64,000 nucleotides of DNA from an uncultured cyanobacterium (GTDB taxonomy: Bacteria; Cyanobacteriota; Cyanobacteriia; PCC-9006; JAAUQQ01): assembly GCA_963718615.1 (NCBI GenBank), contig OY970368.1, positions 5,792,001 to 5,856,000 on the forward strand, written 5' to 3'. Below, piece after piece: positions 18,353 through 29,106 of the stretch; the stretch's first letter is position 1, and every line of letters begins with the position of its first letter. The notes below the pieces were generated by a model. It worked only from the letters and a program-made list of their open reading frames with translations. It was not told where the DNA came from and did no database searches. The position numbers were made by a program, and so were the translations under genes.

Positions 18353-19462
18353 ATGGACAAGCACGCGCAAGACAACCTACTTCGATTTCAGCAGCGAAGC
18401 CAACGTCATAGTTCTCTCGTTTCCCTTTGCGGAACCTCAGAGACCTTTCAAGGTCGCTATCGGATTCTCAAGGTTTTAGGCAAAGGTGGCTTTGGTATCA
18501 CGTTCTTGGCCTGTGACGTCAAGCTTCCCTCTAAGCCTCTATGTGTGATTAAACAGCTTTGTCCCAAGCTAAGTGATGAGGCTGCCTTAGAGCGGGCGCA
18601 AAAGCGTTTTGAGCGAGAAGCTCGAATTCTGGGAGAGCTGGGTGGACATGCTCAAATCCCGACGCTCATTAATTATTTTGAACGAAATGGCGAATTCTTT
18701 TTAGTTCAAGAGTATGTACGAGGCAATACCCTCAGCCAATTGGTGAAGCAGCACGGACCTTGGTCAGAACCCCAGGTTAGATCTTTTCTCGACGAAATTT
18801 TACCGCTGTTAACCTATATTCATGGGAATCAAGTCATTCATCGGGATATTAAGCCTCCCAATTTGATGCGCTGTAGCACCACGGGACGTTTGGTCCTTTT
18901 AGATTTTGGTGCGGTTAAAGAATGCATTTCCATTGAAACAGACGATACCCATCGGGCCTCAACCACGCATTTTGTCGGCACGATGGGTTTTGCACCGCCG
19001 GAGCAGTTGGCTTTGCGAGCCACTTATTCCACCGATATTTATGCGGTGGGCGTGACTTGTCTCTTTTTGCTGACGGGTAAATCCCCGGCCAAGCTCGGTG
19101 CGGATCCGGCAACAGGAGAACTGCGCTGGCGTAATTGTGTTGAGGTGAGTCAGCCGCTTGAGCGTATTTTGGAGGGGATGGTGAGTGTGGCTTTGCGCGA
19201 TCGCTACCAATCCGCCGCAGAAGTCCTCAAAATGCTCAATGTCGAGGAAGCACGGGATGAGCTAGAGCTTTGCATGCATCGCCAAGCCCCCCAGACCTTG
19301 GAGCAGAACGTACTTCCTTCCTACCAGTCTCCAACGACCCGTATGGCAGCTTCAATTCGAGAATGGCGCGAGCGGCGGCGTCCTAGCAATGGCTGGAGGC
19401 AACCCTGGGATCTGGGTGGGGCCGTGGGAGGTGGCTCGATCAATTTGATGTATTCCCAATAG
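18353..19462 (+). CDS. Soluble Hanks-type Ser/Thr protein kinase
   Basis: LGKGGFG, VIKQL, HRDIKPPN, DFG, GTMGFAPPE; no TM segment seen. Confidence 0.93.
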   Translation: MDKHAQDNLLRFQQRSQRHSSLVSLCGTSETFQGRYRILKVLGKGGFGITFLACDVKLPSKPLCVIKQLCPKLSDEAALERAQKRFEREARILGELGGHAQIPTLINYFERNGEFFLVQEYVRGNTLSQLVKQHGPWSEPQVRSFLDEILPLLTYIHGNQVIHRDIKPPNLMRCSTTGRLVLLDFGAVKECISIETDDTHRASTTHFVGTMGFAPPEQLALRATYSTDIYAVGVTCLFLLTGKSPAKLGADPATGELRWRNCVEVSQPLERILEGMVSVALRDRYQSAAEVLKMLNVEEARDELELCMHRQAPQTLEQNVLPSYQSPTTRMAASIREWRERRRPSNGWRQPWDLGGAVGGGSINLMYSQ

Positions 19463-19490
19463 CCCTGCATTGCCTGATCAAACCCGACAA

Positions 19491-19525
19491 ACAAAAAGCC
19501 TCTGGCATCGCCAGAGGCTTTTTGT
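19491..19525. terminator. Bidirectional intrinsic terminator
   Basis: acaaaaagcctctggc-atc-gccagaggctttttgt, perfect stem between convergent genes. Confidence 0.9.
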
Positions 19526-19564
19526 AAGGACGAATTTCAAGGTTTAACAACCGACTACCGCAGC

Positions 19565-21196
19565 TTATCCCTTAAAGGAATTCAACCACTCGCGTAGCTG
19601 TTCGCCAGCAACCTCACGACCACCGAGGCCGAAGGCGATCGCCAGCGCCACCGCAATCCCACCGGTCAAGAGACCAAAGGCGAGGTTAATGATGCTCGGT
19701 GCGATCCCAATCAACTGAAGCGCCATCGCCCCAACCAGCACGAGAATCGCGATACGAGCCGCCTGAGCTAAAACCTTGGCCTGCTGGCCACCAGACATGT
19801 TGATCAAGCGGAACGCTAAATTGGCGAGATAAAGACCGATGGCAAAAACAACAGCCCCGGCGGCAATCTGTCCCGCAATCACGACAATTCCCTGCACCAA
19901 TTGGGTAAGGGAGTCGAGCTGAAGCGCATCCACCGCTTCCATCGCACCAAACAGCATAACGCCTACAAACGCTACAATGCCTGCGACTTCAGAAGGCGAC
20001 TTCGCCGTCGAGGTACTCGGTTCAACCGCAGGAGTTGTCCCTAGGTCACTGAAGGTTTCAACGGGAGCTGCTTCGCTTCCGAGTTCGGGAAAGCCTAGGG
20101 TTGAGACAATCCCGTCAAACCCAATGCTCGACAGCACTTGGGTAATCAGACCGGCAATAAACCGACCGATAAAGAACGCCACCGTCAAAATGATGGCCGC
20201 TTCCAAAATTGCCGGAATAGCGAGGAGAATTCGCTCCAGCATGGGGACAGCGGTTCCGGTGATGGCCTCAATATTGAGTGCCGTCAGGGCAGAAATCGCC
20301 GTAATCACCAAAATGAACGAGAAAATCAAAGTTCCCGCAATTTTGGAGAGTGATTGGCCCGAAGCACTTAAGCCCATGCGAGCACCCAGGCGATCGGCCC
20401 CTGCCGCCGCCAAAAAGTTGCTGATAATCGAGCGCACAACCTTGGCCACGATCCAGCCCACAAAGCCAATGATGACGGCCTTGAAAATATTGGGAAGCGC
20501 CGCAAGCAAGGTGTCAATGAGGTTCCGAACAGGTCCTAGGGCCTCTGTGAGCTCTAGGGCATTCAGAATCAAGGGTAGGAACAGGAGCCAGATTAGCCAA
20601 TAGAGGACATTCCCGAGCGTGTCGCTGAGTCCCTCCGTATCACTAGCCGCATCCGGATCACCGCTAATTTGGGTCAGGCGATGGCTCAACCCAAAACTAT
20701 CAAAACCACGGGTAAAGATGGTCTTGACAACCGTAGCCAAGAGCCAAGCGACCCCAGCCAAAGCACCCGCAGCGAGAAGCCGAGGTGCAAAGGACGTAAT
20801 TTCATCCAAGAACCCTTGAAGGGGGGCGGAAACCTGACGAAGTCCGAAGGCTTCTAGGGCTGCAATGATGGCAAACAGCATAATGCCCCAGAAAACCGCC
20901 GTCCCAATCCAGTTTTCAATGGGGGGAGCTTGGCTACCGGGGCTGCTGAGCATGCCAGCGATGCGATTGTCAAAGCTGGTCTTCTTGAGCAACCCTTTAA
21001 CGATGGAAGAGACAACAAATGCAATGACCGCCCCAATAAAGAGGATGACAATGGCCCCAACCACTTTGCTGCCAATCTGAAAGAGAGAGTCGGGATCAAT
21101 CCCTGCTACTACGCCAACCACAGAATGCCCAGACAAGGCAGTCAGCGTCGGATGCAACACGGATGGCCCAAGTAAATTATCATACATATAGGTCAT
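19565..21196 (-). CDS. TM-helix-repeat (CmpX-like / mechanosensitive-channel-associated) membrane protein
   Basis: Repeated TM hairpins, C-terminal AIAFGLGGREVA; start uncertain (track start 21397, ATG 21196 chosen). Confidence 0.8.
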   Translation of the reverse strand: MTYMYDNLLGPSVLHPTLTALSGHSVVGVVAGIDPDSLFQIGSKVVGAIVILFIGAVIAFVVSSIVKGLLKKTSFDNRIAGMLSSPGSQAPPIENWIGTAVFWGIMLFAIIAALEAFGLRQVSAPLQGFLDEITSFAPRLLAAGALAGVAWLLATVVKTIFTRGFDSFGLSHRLTQISGDPDAASDTEGLSDTLGNVLYWLIWLLFLPLILNALELTEALGPVRNLIDTLLAALPNIFKAVIIGFVGWIVAKVVRSIISNFLAAAGADRLGARMGLSASGQSLSKIAGTLIFSFILVITAISALTALNIEAITGTAVPMLERILLAIPAILEAAIILTVAFFIGRFIAGLITQVLSSIGFDGIVSTLGFPELGSEAAPVETFSDLGTTPAVEPSTSTAKSPSEVAGIVAFVGVMLFGAMEAVDALQLDSLTQLVQGIVVIAGQIAAGAVVFAIGLYLANLAFRLINMSGGQQAKVLAQAARIAILVLVGAMALQLIGIAPSIINLAFGLLTGGIAVALAIAFGLGGREVAGEQLREWLNSFKG

Positions 21197-21770
21197 CACC
21201 GGGCTTGAGAAAACTACAGACAACGAGAAACTGTGAAACTCAACTGCTCGGAGAGATGATCTGGGGTTGATGCAGAAGGAGGGACAGAGCTGCCACTCTT
21301 TTCCTTCTTCTTTGACCCCGAGGGCTCTGGAGAACCCGGTTTTGTCTAGGCTTTGCAAAGACCTGAGACATCGCGATAGACCGCTGAGATTATCCAACCG
21401 GAAACCTCACCACCATCTCAAACCATCAATCTCAAACCTTTAGGATGTCAATCGCATGAAGCCTAAATCAGTCCACTAAATCAGTAGAACTGTCCGGACT
21501 TCAGAGCAGATTGTCAAAATTAAAGGTCTAGCAGTCTACTCCTTGTAGATACTAGGGGAGTTTTTACCAGAAAAAAGATAACAGGCACAACAATTTAACC
21601 ATTTGCACCGGGTTTTCCGACTTTTCGTAAGAATCTTTTGTAAAACCAGCTATTCGTATTTGTTTCTGACGGCATTGCGACTTTTCGGCTGTCTAGAACA
21701 ATACTTTTGACGGTTTTAAGAATTATGGTTTAATGCTTGGCTCAAGGTGCAGTGCTTCTGATGGAGAAGA

Positions 21771-22226
21771 ATGAGCGAACTGCGGCGATTTGAAAATTCT
21801 CTTTGGATTGAGGCAAATGCAACAGCCGTTGAGCGGTGTTTTACGGAGTCGGCGTTGATGCATAGCTGGCTGAATCCGGTCTTACGGTGTGAGCCGATAG
21901 GACCGTGGAGCACTGCGATCGACAGTCAGATGCGTTTTTTGATTCAGGTCCCTTTTTGGTCAGACGATCGCAAACCTGCCCTCATCAGCCGAGTTGTAGA
22001 GCGGGGACCGGGGTTGGTTGTGTGGGCTTTTGATGGTTTCTTTCAAGGGCGCGATCGCTGGCAGTGCGATCCAGAAGCCAACGGTACCCGACTCACCAAC
22101 TGCTTTGAATTTGAAATTCCCAATCCGATCGTGCAGTGGGGCTTTGATCGCGTTGCAGCGGGCTGGACCCAAAAAGACATGGCCGCCCAGCTCCAGCGTT
22201 TAAAGCAGGTAGCTGAGCGGCTTTAG
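21771..22226 (+). CDS. SRPBCC/polyketide-cyclase-fold protein
   Basis: FENSLWIEA...MHSWLNPVLRCEP...WAFDGFFQGRDRW...LQRLKQVAE. Confidence 0.8.
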   Translation: MSELRRFENSLWIEANATAVERCFTESALMHSWLNPVLRCEPIGPWSTAIDSQMRFLIQVPFWSDDRKPALISRVVERGPGLVVWAFDGFFQGRDRWQCDPEANGTRLTNCFEFEIPNPIVQWGFDRVAAGWTQKDMAAQLQRLKQVAERL

Positions 22227-22260
22227 TGGGATCGAGGCGTTGCTGAGTGGGGAATTAGGT

Positions 22261-22899
22261 TTATTTAGGGGGACAAACGGCACCCGTCAGATCCTTAAGG
22301 GACTGAAAACCCAGGATTTGCTTGATGTCTGAAAAATCTGACACCAGCCGCCCCACAATTCCCATGGCTTTTTCGCCATTGATGGAAAGCATTGACGGTT
22401 TGTAGGCTTTAAGGACTTCTAAGGCGGTCAGCTTTTGATCGCTGGTCGAGGCCATGACAGCAGAGCGAATGTCTTTCCAGGCTTCTGTCCCGGCGGGGGC
22501 CTGCACGACCGAGCCCATTTCTTTCAGGAGCAATTCACCCAGGTAGCTTTCTAGAGCTCGATTGGTCAGACGACTATCGAGGTTGAGCTCATTGTTGAGG
22601 AGGGATTGGGCGGTCACGCGATCGACTTTGCCCAAGTCCAGCAAAAGCTGAAGGTTGTCGGAGGCTTGGCCGGTTTTCGCGAAGGCTTCTACTTCGGAGA
22701 GGGGCAAATCAAGCGTAAACATACTGCCGTAGTTAAGCTTGATGGTCTCTAGGGCCTGGGCCTGGGGGGCGGTGGCGCACAATGCCAGGGCTGTGCCGAC
22801 GGCTAGCGCCAGTCCTGTGGGCAGAGATCGCTGGCAATAGCGGGCGATTCCCGTGAGGAACCTGTGGGAGGAGGGCAGCGTCTGTTGTACCTGTGTCAC
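22261..22899 (-). CDS. Secreted DUF1400 (alpha/beta-hydrolase-associated) domain protein
   Basis: Signal peptide ending AQA-LE, LSEVEAFAKTG, LTALEVLKAY. Confidence 0.75.
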   Translation of the reverse strand: MTQVQQTLPSSHRFLTGIARYCQRSLPTGLALAVGTALALCATAPQAQALETIKLNYGSMFTLDLPLSEVEAFAKTGQASDNLQLLLDLGKVDRVTAQSLLNNELNLDSRLTNRALESYLGELLLKEMGSVVQAPAGTEAWKDIRSAVMASTSDQKLTALEVLKAYKPSMLSINGEKAMGIVGRLVSDFSDIKQILGFQSLKDLTGAVCPPK

Positions 22900-22947
22900 T
22901 TGCGAATATCTCCTAAAACTGAGCGGTGGGCCATGATTGGGCTCTGC

Positions 22948-23769
22948 CTAGAGCTGACGTCGCATGTCGGTCAAAAGCTCCCGAATGACTCGAGCATCTT
23001 CGGCGGCGGGAACTAGATCTAGATATCGTTCCAGGCTCTGAAGTGATTCATGCCATTGTGCTAATTCGTAGAGCACTAGGCCGCGATCGCGCAGCTCCAT
23101 AGGATCCTGAGGCGATAGCAAAAGTAGCCAATCGATGATATTTAGAGCGTTCCCAAACGCCTCCGCTCGGAGATAAATAATTTTTAAATTGGTCAGCATC
23201 CTGGTCAGAATTTGACGCGGGTTCACGTCCGGCAACATTTCAGGCCGAAATTCAATCCTGCGCTGATAGAGGTCTTCTAAGCGTCGCTGGCAGTCCTCGG
23301 CGAACAGAATTTCACCCCCATGGAAGGGATCCACATAGAGCGCCATGTCCGCCACCTGGGGCCGAATGATAAAGTGACCGGGCATTCCCACCCCCACCAT
23401 GGGAAAATCCAATCGCTGGGCCAGTTCCAGATAAAGCAGCGAGATCGTGATGGGAATGCCGGTGCGGCGATCGATCACTTCATTCAAAAAACTATTGCGG
23501 GGGTCGTAGTAGGCTTCAGTATTGCCCTTGAAGCCGAGATCTTGGTAGAGATATTGGTTGATCGCTTGAATAATGCGCAGAGGATAACGTTCCGCCGGAA
23601 GCCGTTCCTCGATTTCGGCAGCCATGGTGTCGAGGGCGTTGAAATATTCGTCAGGATCTAAGTCAGGATATTGACCCTGGGCGATGCAGAGGGCGGCCTG
23701 GGCGAGGTCGATGTCGTCATCGGGGACGGCGATCGCCCGCTGGAAACGCTGGTGCGCGATCGATTGCAT
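22948..23769 (-). CDS. SirB1 family transglutaminase-like protein with C-terminal TPR
   Basis: YYDPRNSFLNEVIDRRTGIPIT, GMPGHF, RDRGL; start moved to ATG 23769. Confidence 0.88.
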   Translation of the reverse strand: MQSIAHQRFQRAIAVPDDDIDLAQAALCIAQGQYPDLDPDEYFNALDTMAAEIEERLPAERYPLRIIQAINQYLYQDLGFKGNTEAYYDPRNSFLNEVIDRRTGIPITISLLYLELAQRLDFPMVGVGMPGHFIIRPQVADMALYVDPFHGGEILFAEDCQRRLEDLYQRRIEFRPEMLPDVNPRQILTRMLTNLKIIYLRAEAFGNALNIIDWLLLLSPQDPMELRDRGLVLYELAQWHESLQSLERYLDLVPAAEDARVIRELLTDMRRQL

Positions 23770-23797
23770 TGCAAATTTAGAACGTGCTGCCTTGATC

Positions 23798-25459
23798 CTA
23801 CGGTGTGATCTCGGGTTTTGTATCAAGATCCAAAAGACTTTGAAGCGGTTCTGCTTGCTGGTCATAGTCGGCACCGGAGCCGTATTGCCAAAGCGCCTGC
23901 CAGCGATGCAGCCGAAATTGGGTCTTGGGCTCATCACGACTGAGGGCTTCTAGGAGGGGCTGAAGCCAAGGCGAACTGGCCTGGAGCAGACTGTAGGCCG
24001 CGAGGGCAGTATAGTGACCGGTCCAACCGAGGAGGGTGGGCAGACCCACTTGGGGAATGACGGGGACAATTGCCCCCGGTGCCGTTAGCCCCGTTTTGAG
24101 CATCGTCTGGGCCAGGGCCGGAAACTGAATGACGTCCTGCAAAAAGGGTTTGAGCACCGTATCGCCGGACTGGTCCATGACGCGAAAAACTTGACTGAGG
24201 AGATGGTTAATCTGGTTGGGAGCAATGGATTGATTGGCCTTGGTGCTCATGGCCCGTTGGAAGAGCCAAGTGACGGAAAGATTGGGCTGATAACCGTTAA
24301 TCAGTCCCAAATCTCCACGGGATAGGCAATCAGCCTGGAGGGCTTCGTCGACGCCAGTCACCAGTCGGTCCAAATGCCGCAACAGCGCTCCAAATCCGCC
24401 AAAGCTCAGGGGGGACTGGGTGCCGCTGCTGTCGCCCACTTGTAAAATGCGGTCCCAGGCTGGTTTCAACGGACTCTGGCGGTAGGAGGGCAAAATACCA
24501 AACAGGGCGCGCTGGAACTGGAGTTGGTCGAGGCTAATCTGCTGGTATTGGGGGAGCAGTTCAAAATAATCGTCGAAGAGGGTTTGCAGACTGGGGCGAT
24601 CGCCCGTCGCATCCAAATAGGTAAATAAATAGGTCGTGCGGCCATCTCTTGCCGGGAATGCTTCCCAAAAATACTGGCAGCCCTGGCGCAGGGGGGTGAA
24701 CGAGACCATGAGATCGCCACTGTCATTGCGATCGTATCCCTGGGCGCAGGTACCCACAACGAGGCAAATGCCATCGGGGGTTTGGCCCTGGCGAGCCTGC
24801 TGGGCAATGGGCGAAAAGTGACCCATCATGTCGAGCAAGAGTCGGGTGGAAAAGGGCTGGTCGCCCGCTTGCAGGGTTACCCCTTGGGAACCGACGCTGG
24901 CTTGCTGAAACGCGGTGTGCTCGAATAGCTTCCCCCCAGCATCCAAAAATTTTTGTTTGAGCCGGTCGAGCAGGTAAACCGGATCTACGCCGAGATTGAG
25001 CACGTCATGAACGGTTGCTTCAAAACCAGATCCTTGCTTCCCTTGGTCATCGCCGTGGAAGGCAATGCGGGCAGGGTTGTATTGGGAGGCGATCGCCCCC
25101 TCCAGTTCTGCCTCACTAAGCAACTGCAACCGGACCAAGACCGATAGCTCTTGTCGCGAAATATTCCATTCCTGGTCTCGACCCCGCAGTTGCCCCCGCT
25201 CCAGCAGCGCCACCCGCCAGCCCCGTTGGGCCAACGCCGTTCCCAAGATCACCCCCAGCGTCGCCCCACAGATCACCACATCCCAGTTCGGGGAAGAATC
25301 TTGCCCCGAGACTGAAGCGTTGGACGCGGATTGAATAACCGGGAGAACCGAACGGCTTCCCGAGCGGATCGAAGTCCAGAGCGCATCGGCCCGCTGCAAT
25401 CCCACCCAGGGCTGACCTGGCATTTGCGACAGAATTTGCTCCGTAACCGATGCGTTCAT
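23798..25459 (-). CDS. cruP: CruP-type lycopene cyclase / FAD-binding oxidoreductase
   Basis: GATLG, GRDQEWNISR, DMMGHFSPI, YFWEAFP, QSPLSFGGFG, YGSGAD signatures of the CruA/CruP family. Confidence 0.8.
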   Translation of the reverse strand: MNASVTEQILSQMPGQPWVGLQRADALWTSIRSGSRSVLPVIQSASNASVSGQDSSPNWDVVICGATLGVILGTALAQRGWRVALLERGQLRGRDQEWNISRQELSVLVRLQLLSEAELEGAIASQYNPARIAFHGDDQGKQGSGFEATVHDVLNLGVDPVYLLDRLKQKFLDAGGKLFEHTAFQQASVGSQGVTLQAGDQPFSTRLLLDMMGHFSPIAQQARQGQTPDGICLVVGTCAQGYDRNDSGDLMVSFTPLRQGCQYFWEAFPARDGRTTYLFTYLDATGDRPSLQTLFDDYFELLPQYQQISLDQLQFQRALFGILPSYRQSPLKPAWDRILQVGDSSGTQSPLSFGGFGALLRHLDRLVTGVDEALQADCLSRGDLGLINGYQPNLSVTWLFQRAMSTKANQSIAPNQINHLLSQVFRVMDQSGDTVLKPFLQDVIQFPALAQTMLKTGLTAPGAIVPVIPQVGLPTLLGWTGHYTALAAYSLLQASSPWLQPLLEALSRDEPKTQFRLHRWQALWQYGSGADYDQQAEPLQSLLDLDTKPEITP

Positions 25460-25478
25460 GGTGTGGGTAGTAATGGAT

Positions 25479-26318
25479 TTAGGATCCGGTTTTGAGCTTA
25501 TCGCCCCCGCTCACCACCGTGGCGGATTCAATCACGGCTCCCTGCTCGATTTGGTCGACGACCTCCATGCCTTCAGTGACGGTGCCAAAGACGGCGTACT
25601 CCCCATCCAGGAAATTTACATCCGCCAGGGTGAAATAGAACTGAGCCGAAGCGGAATCCGGGAATTGCGATCGCGCCATCGCCACCGCCCCTCGTTTGTG
25701 GCTGAGGGCTGGAGGTTTGGTCATCTGAATCGTGGAAAAGGGCGTGCTGTAGAGCGGTGCTTTCTCGCCCGTCGGCAAAATTTCGAGCGGAACATAGCGA
25801 GGTTCCTTCGTCGCCTCATCTATATAGCTGCCGGTTCCCAACATCTGCGGTGGCACATTGGGATCCTTGCTTTGGGGATCACCCCCCTGCACCACAAAGG
25901 GTTCGGGCTCGCGCACAACGCGATGGAACACCGTGCCGTTATAGACCTCCTTGTTAACCAGGTCTACAAAGTTACCTGCCGTAATCGGAGCTTTTTCGCC
26001 ATCCACTTCAATCGTGATCGGCGAACCATTCACCGTCATCACCACCGTGGCTTTGCCTTCTAGGCGGGGCAGATTTGGAAACGCTGTGGCGGGATCGACC
26101 GGGGTCGCTGGAGCACTGGGGCTCGCGTCCGTTGCGGTTGCTTCTCCGCTGGCGGTGGCATCGGCTGTGGCATCCGTGGCCGGCGTGGAGGCCGTGTCAT
26201 TGGCCGGACAACCCGTCAGGAACAGCATCGAAGTCAGAAATCCTGCGAAGAGAGCTGCCTTAGAAAGCGATCGCGCCTTGGGCATATCCGTACTCTGTCT
26301 CCAATGCTTAGTCTCCAT
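25479..26318 (-). CDS. Cyclophilin-type peptidyl-prolyl cis-trans isomerase, lipoprotein-like signal
   Basis: LTGC lipobox-like, [31 protein letters not shown]. Confidence 0.92.
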   Translation of the reverse strand: METKHWRQSTDMPKARSLSKAALFAGFLTSMLFLTGCPANDTASTPATDATADATASGEATATDASPSAPATPVDPATAFPNLPRLEGKATVVMTVNGSPITIEVDGEKAPITAGNFVDLVNKEVYNGTVFHRVVREPEPFVVQGGDPQSKDPNVPPQMLGTGSYIDEATKEPRYVPLEILPTGEKAPLYSTPFSTIQMTKPPALSHKRGAVAMARSQFPDSASAQFYFTLADVNFLDGEYAVFGTVTEGMEVVDQIEQGAVIESATVVSGGDKLKTGS

Positions 26319-26364
26319 TTATGCGACTCCCATGACATCACAAAACTTCTCAATCATGCCACAT

Positions 26365-27327
26365 TCAACTGATTTTGCTGGGCAAACTGCAATAGGCAAC
26401 CAGTGCGGTCAGCAACATCCCCCCAACGATGTATTTAAAACCATCGGCGATTAGGGGGCTGGGGGAGAAAAAGCCTTCGATTATACCGGCCATGAACAGC
26501 AGCGGAATCACACCAAACATGAGCTGGGCCGCGTCCAGCCCGTAGACCTTGAGCGCATCGCCCCGGCGATAGGAACCTGGAAACAGCAGCGCCCGACCGA
26601 TGAGTAATCCAGCGGCCCCTGCCAGAAAAATCGCCGGTAATTCCCAGGCCCCATGGGGAGCAACAAAGCCCCAGAAGGGTCCAGCTAGGTTGTTTTGGGT
26701 GACGAGGGTGGCGATCGCCCCCAGCATCAGCCCGTTGAAAAACAAAATCAAAACCGTACCGACCCCCGCCACCATGCCCCCGGCAAAGGTCCGAAAGGTC
26801 ACCGAGAGATTGTTGGTCATAATCTGTGCGGCTCCCAGCGGCTCCTTGCCCAGCAAAATCGAACCCATCCAGAGTTCGCCATCCTCCTGTACCTTGCGAA
26901 TCAGGCTTTCCGGAGCCACCAACGCCACAAAATCCGGATCCCCCCAGGCAAACCACCAGCCAATTAAAGCGCCCAGGAGAAATATTCCGGTCGAAAGGGC
27001 AAGATAAACCCATGTCCGCTGGACCACCGCCGGAAAGCCCCAGCGGTAAAACTGCCAAATGGCTTGCCAACTTTGGTGGCGTGGTTTTTGATAGACCTGG
27101 CTGTAGGCTCGCAGGGTGAGCTGTTGGAGTTGCTGGGTCAAACTATTGCCCAATTGTCGGGTTTGGGCGCGGGCCAAATCTGCGGAAACTGACCGATAGA
27201 GTCCTGCCAATTGCTTCACTTGGTCCGCAGACAGAGTGCGCAGACCGCGTTTTTCAACCTGCTGAAGCAAGGCATCAAGCTGTTTCCAACTGGGTTCCCG
27301 CCGCGCGATCCAACGTTTGACATTCAT
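26365..27327 (-). CDS. SpoIIM/DUF95 family integral membrane protein
   Basis: LYRSVSADLA, NN..V, FNGLMLG, PHGAWELPAI, AGIIEGFFS. Confidence 0.88.
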   Translation of the reverse strand: MNVKRWIARREPSWKQLDALLQQVEKRGLRTLSADQVKQLAGLYRSVSADLARAQTRQLGNSLTQQLQQLTLRAYSQVYQKPRHQSWQAIWQFYRWGFPAVVQRTWVYLALSTGIFLLGALIGWWFAWGDPDFVALVAPESLIRKVQEDGELWMGSILLGKEPLGAAQIMTNNLSVTFRTFAGGMVAGVGTVLILFFNGLMLGAIATLVTQNNLAGPFWGFVAPHGAWELPAIFLAGAAGLLIGRALLFPGSYRRGDALKVYGLDAAQLMFGVIPLLFMAGIIEGFFSPSPLIADGFKYIVGGMLLTALVAYCSLPSKIS

Positions 27328-27351
27328 GGTTTAACTTAAATGGATTAATGG

Positions 27352-28176
27352 ATGAATCCTATGACTTCCTCTTCCTTAGGCCCGCTCAATATCGGTAATG
27401 TAGTCAGTGCGGCCTTTAGTCTTTATAAATCCCGATTTAAAACCTATTTGAAAATTGCGGCGATCGCCATTCTCTGGGCCTTTGTGCCGGTTTATGGCTG
27501 GGCCAAATGTGCCATGAATTTGGCGTTGATTGCTCGCTTGGCCTTTGGCGAAATCACCGACCAACCGGAAACCGTGGTGGAAGCCCGTCGCAAAATTCAA
27601 GACAAGCTTTGGAACTTCTTTGGCGCGGGCCTACTGGTCAACTTTTTGCAGGGGGCGATCTGCGTTGCGGTTTTGTTGGTCTGTGTGATTCTAGTGGCAA
27701 TTGTGGCCGTGGCAGTGGGTGCAGCGGCGGGGCAAACGGCTGGAATCGTCGCGGCGGTAATGCTCGGGATTGTGGCGTTTGTCGTGTATCTGGCGGCAGC
27801 GCTGTGGATTGTTGCCCGCTTTTTGGTTACGAGTATGCCGATCGCGGTTGAAGAAGATGTGGAGATTGGTGAAGCGATCGGTCGCAGTTGGAAGCTGACC
27901 CAGGCATCCGCCCTTCGGATCATGACGATTACGTTTGTGGCCGGTTTGATTACATTACCGCTGTCGTTGATTGGCAATTTCCCCCGCATCCTGATTCAGG
28001 TGACACCGGAGGATTCTCCTCTACTTGCCCTTTGGGTGTTGCTGTTTATTGTGATGTTAGGGATAACCAACATAATTGTGACTCCGTTTTGGCAGGTCAT
28101 TAAGGCGCTGATTTATTACGATTTACGCAGTCGCAAGGAAGGGCTGGATATTCAACTGCGCGATCGCCCTCTCTAA
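27352..28176 (+). CDS. Integral membrane protein (DUF975/GDPD-membrane-domain-like)
   Basis: PLNIGNVVS, AIGRSWKLT, YYDLRSRKEGLD. Confidence 0.8.
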   Translation: MNPMTSSSLGPLNIGNVVSAAFSLYKSRFKTYLKIAAIAILWAFVPVYGWAKCAMNLALIARLAFGEITDQPETVVEARRKIQDKLWNFFGAGLLVNFLQGAICVAVLLVCVILVAIVAVAVGAAAGQTAGIVAAVMLGIVAFVVYLAAALWIVARFLVTSMPIAVEEDVEIGEAIGRSWKLTQASALRIMTITFVAGLITLPLSLIGNFPRILIQVTPEDSPLLALWVLLFIVMLGITNIIVTPFWQVIKALIYYDLRSRKEGLDIQLRDRPL

Positions 28177-28233
28177 ATTCACGAGTACATGTGCTAGTAC
28201 GTTCACCGCTTCAGTTCACTGGCAGCCAGACCC

Positions 28234-29055
28234 ATGCAGTTTTTCAAGCGAGTCAAACAACAAACTCCAGAAAGCGTCGAGCTAGAGTTTACGCTGGCGG
28301 GCATTGGCAGTCGTGCCTACGCTTTGACCATTGATTACTTGCTGCTGTCTTTGGTGATTCTTGGAATCCTTTTGCTGGGCACCCTGTTTGCCGCTCAGAT
28401 TGTGGCATTGATTAATCAGCTAGGGTTGTTGGCGCAGGTTGAACTTTGGTTGTTGGCGATCGCCATCGTCCTACTCTTCGCGGTCTACGTGGGCTATTTT
28501 GCGGTTTTAGAGGCGATCAGTCAGGGCCAAACACCGGGGAAGAAACTGGCTAAAATTCGCGTCATTCGAGACGATGGCCGTCCGGTGAGCTTTTTTCAAA
28601 CCGCCGTTCGATCCTTGCTGCGACCAATTGATGAAGCCTTTTTCATTGGCTTTCTGTGCATTGTGTTTTTTAATAAACAGGAAAAACGTCTGGGGGATTT
28701 AGTCGCGGGCACCTTGGTCATCCAAGCCGAAACCGAAGACCCCAGAAAAACGGCTGAGTTTGCCATTTCCGAAAACGGTAAGGCTGCGGCCAAAGCCCTT
28801 TTGCAAGTCACCGATTTTTCATCGCTTTTGCCAGACGATTTTGCCACAGTGCGTGAGTATCTCCGCCGTCGCCCCCATATGAACGCTGAAGGCATTAAAG
28901 CCCTGAGCCGTCGTCTGGGTGAGGAAATTCAGGCAATTTTGCAACTGGAGCAATTGCCCTACGACATGCCAGCGGATACGTTTTTGGAAGGGGTGTATGT
29001 GGGATACCAGGCTTCCCAGGATCCGTTGGAGGCCAATCCCGAGACCAATCCCTAA
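28234..29055 (+). CDS. RDD family protein
   Basis: TPESVELEFTLAGIGSR..A..ID, GQTPGK, KRLGDLVAGTLV. Confidence 0.9.
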   Translation: MQFFKRVKQQTPESVELEFTLAGIGSRAYALTIDYLLLSLVILGILLLGTLFAAQIVALINQLGLLAQVELWLLAIAIVLLFAVYVGYFAVLEAISQGQTPGKKLAKIRVIRDDGRPVSFFQTAVRSLLRPIDEAFFIGFLCIVFFNKQEKRLGDLVAGTLVIQAETEDPRKTAEFAISENGKAAAKALLQVTDFSSLLPDDFATVREYLRRRPHMNAEGIKALSRRLGEEIQAILQLEQLPYDMPADTFLEGVYVGYQASQDPLEANPETNP

Positions 29056-29106
29056 GGATGCCAGTGTTAGACTTTCAGTACGTCTGCTGGTCGGAGCAAA
29101 TGCCTA

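Noticed and set aside
26365-27327. Sporulation function
   Set aside because: SpoIIM is only a family name; the family is widespread in non-sporulating bacteria
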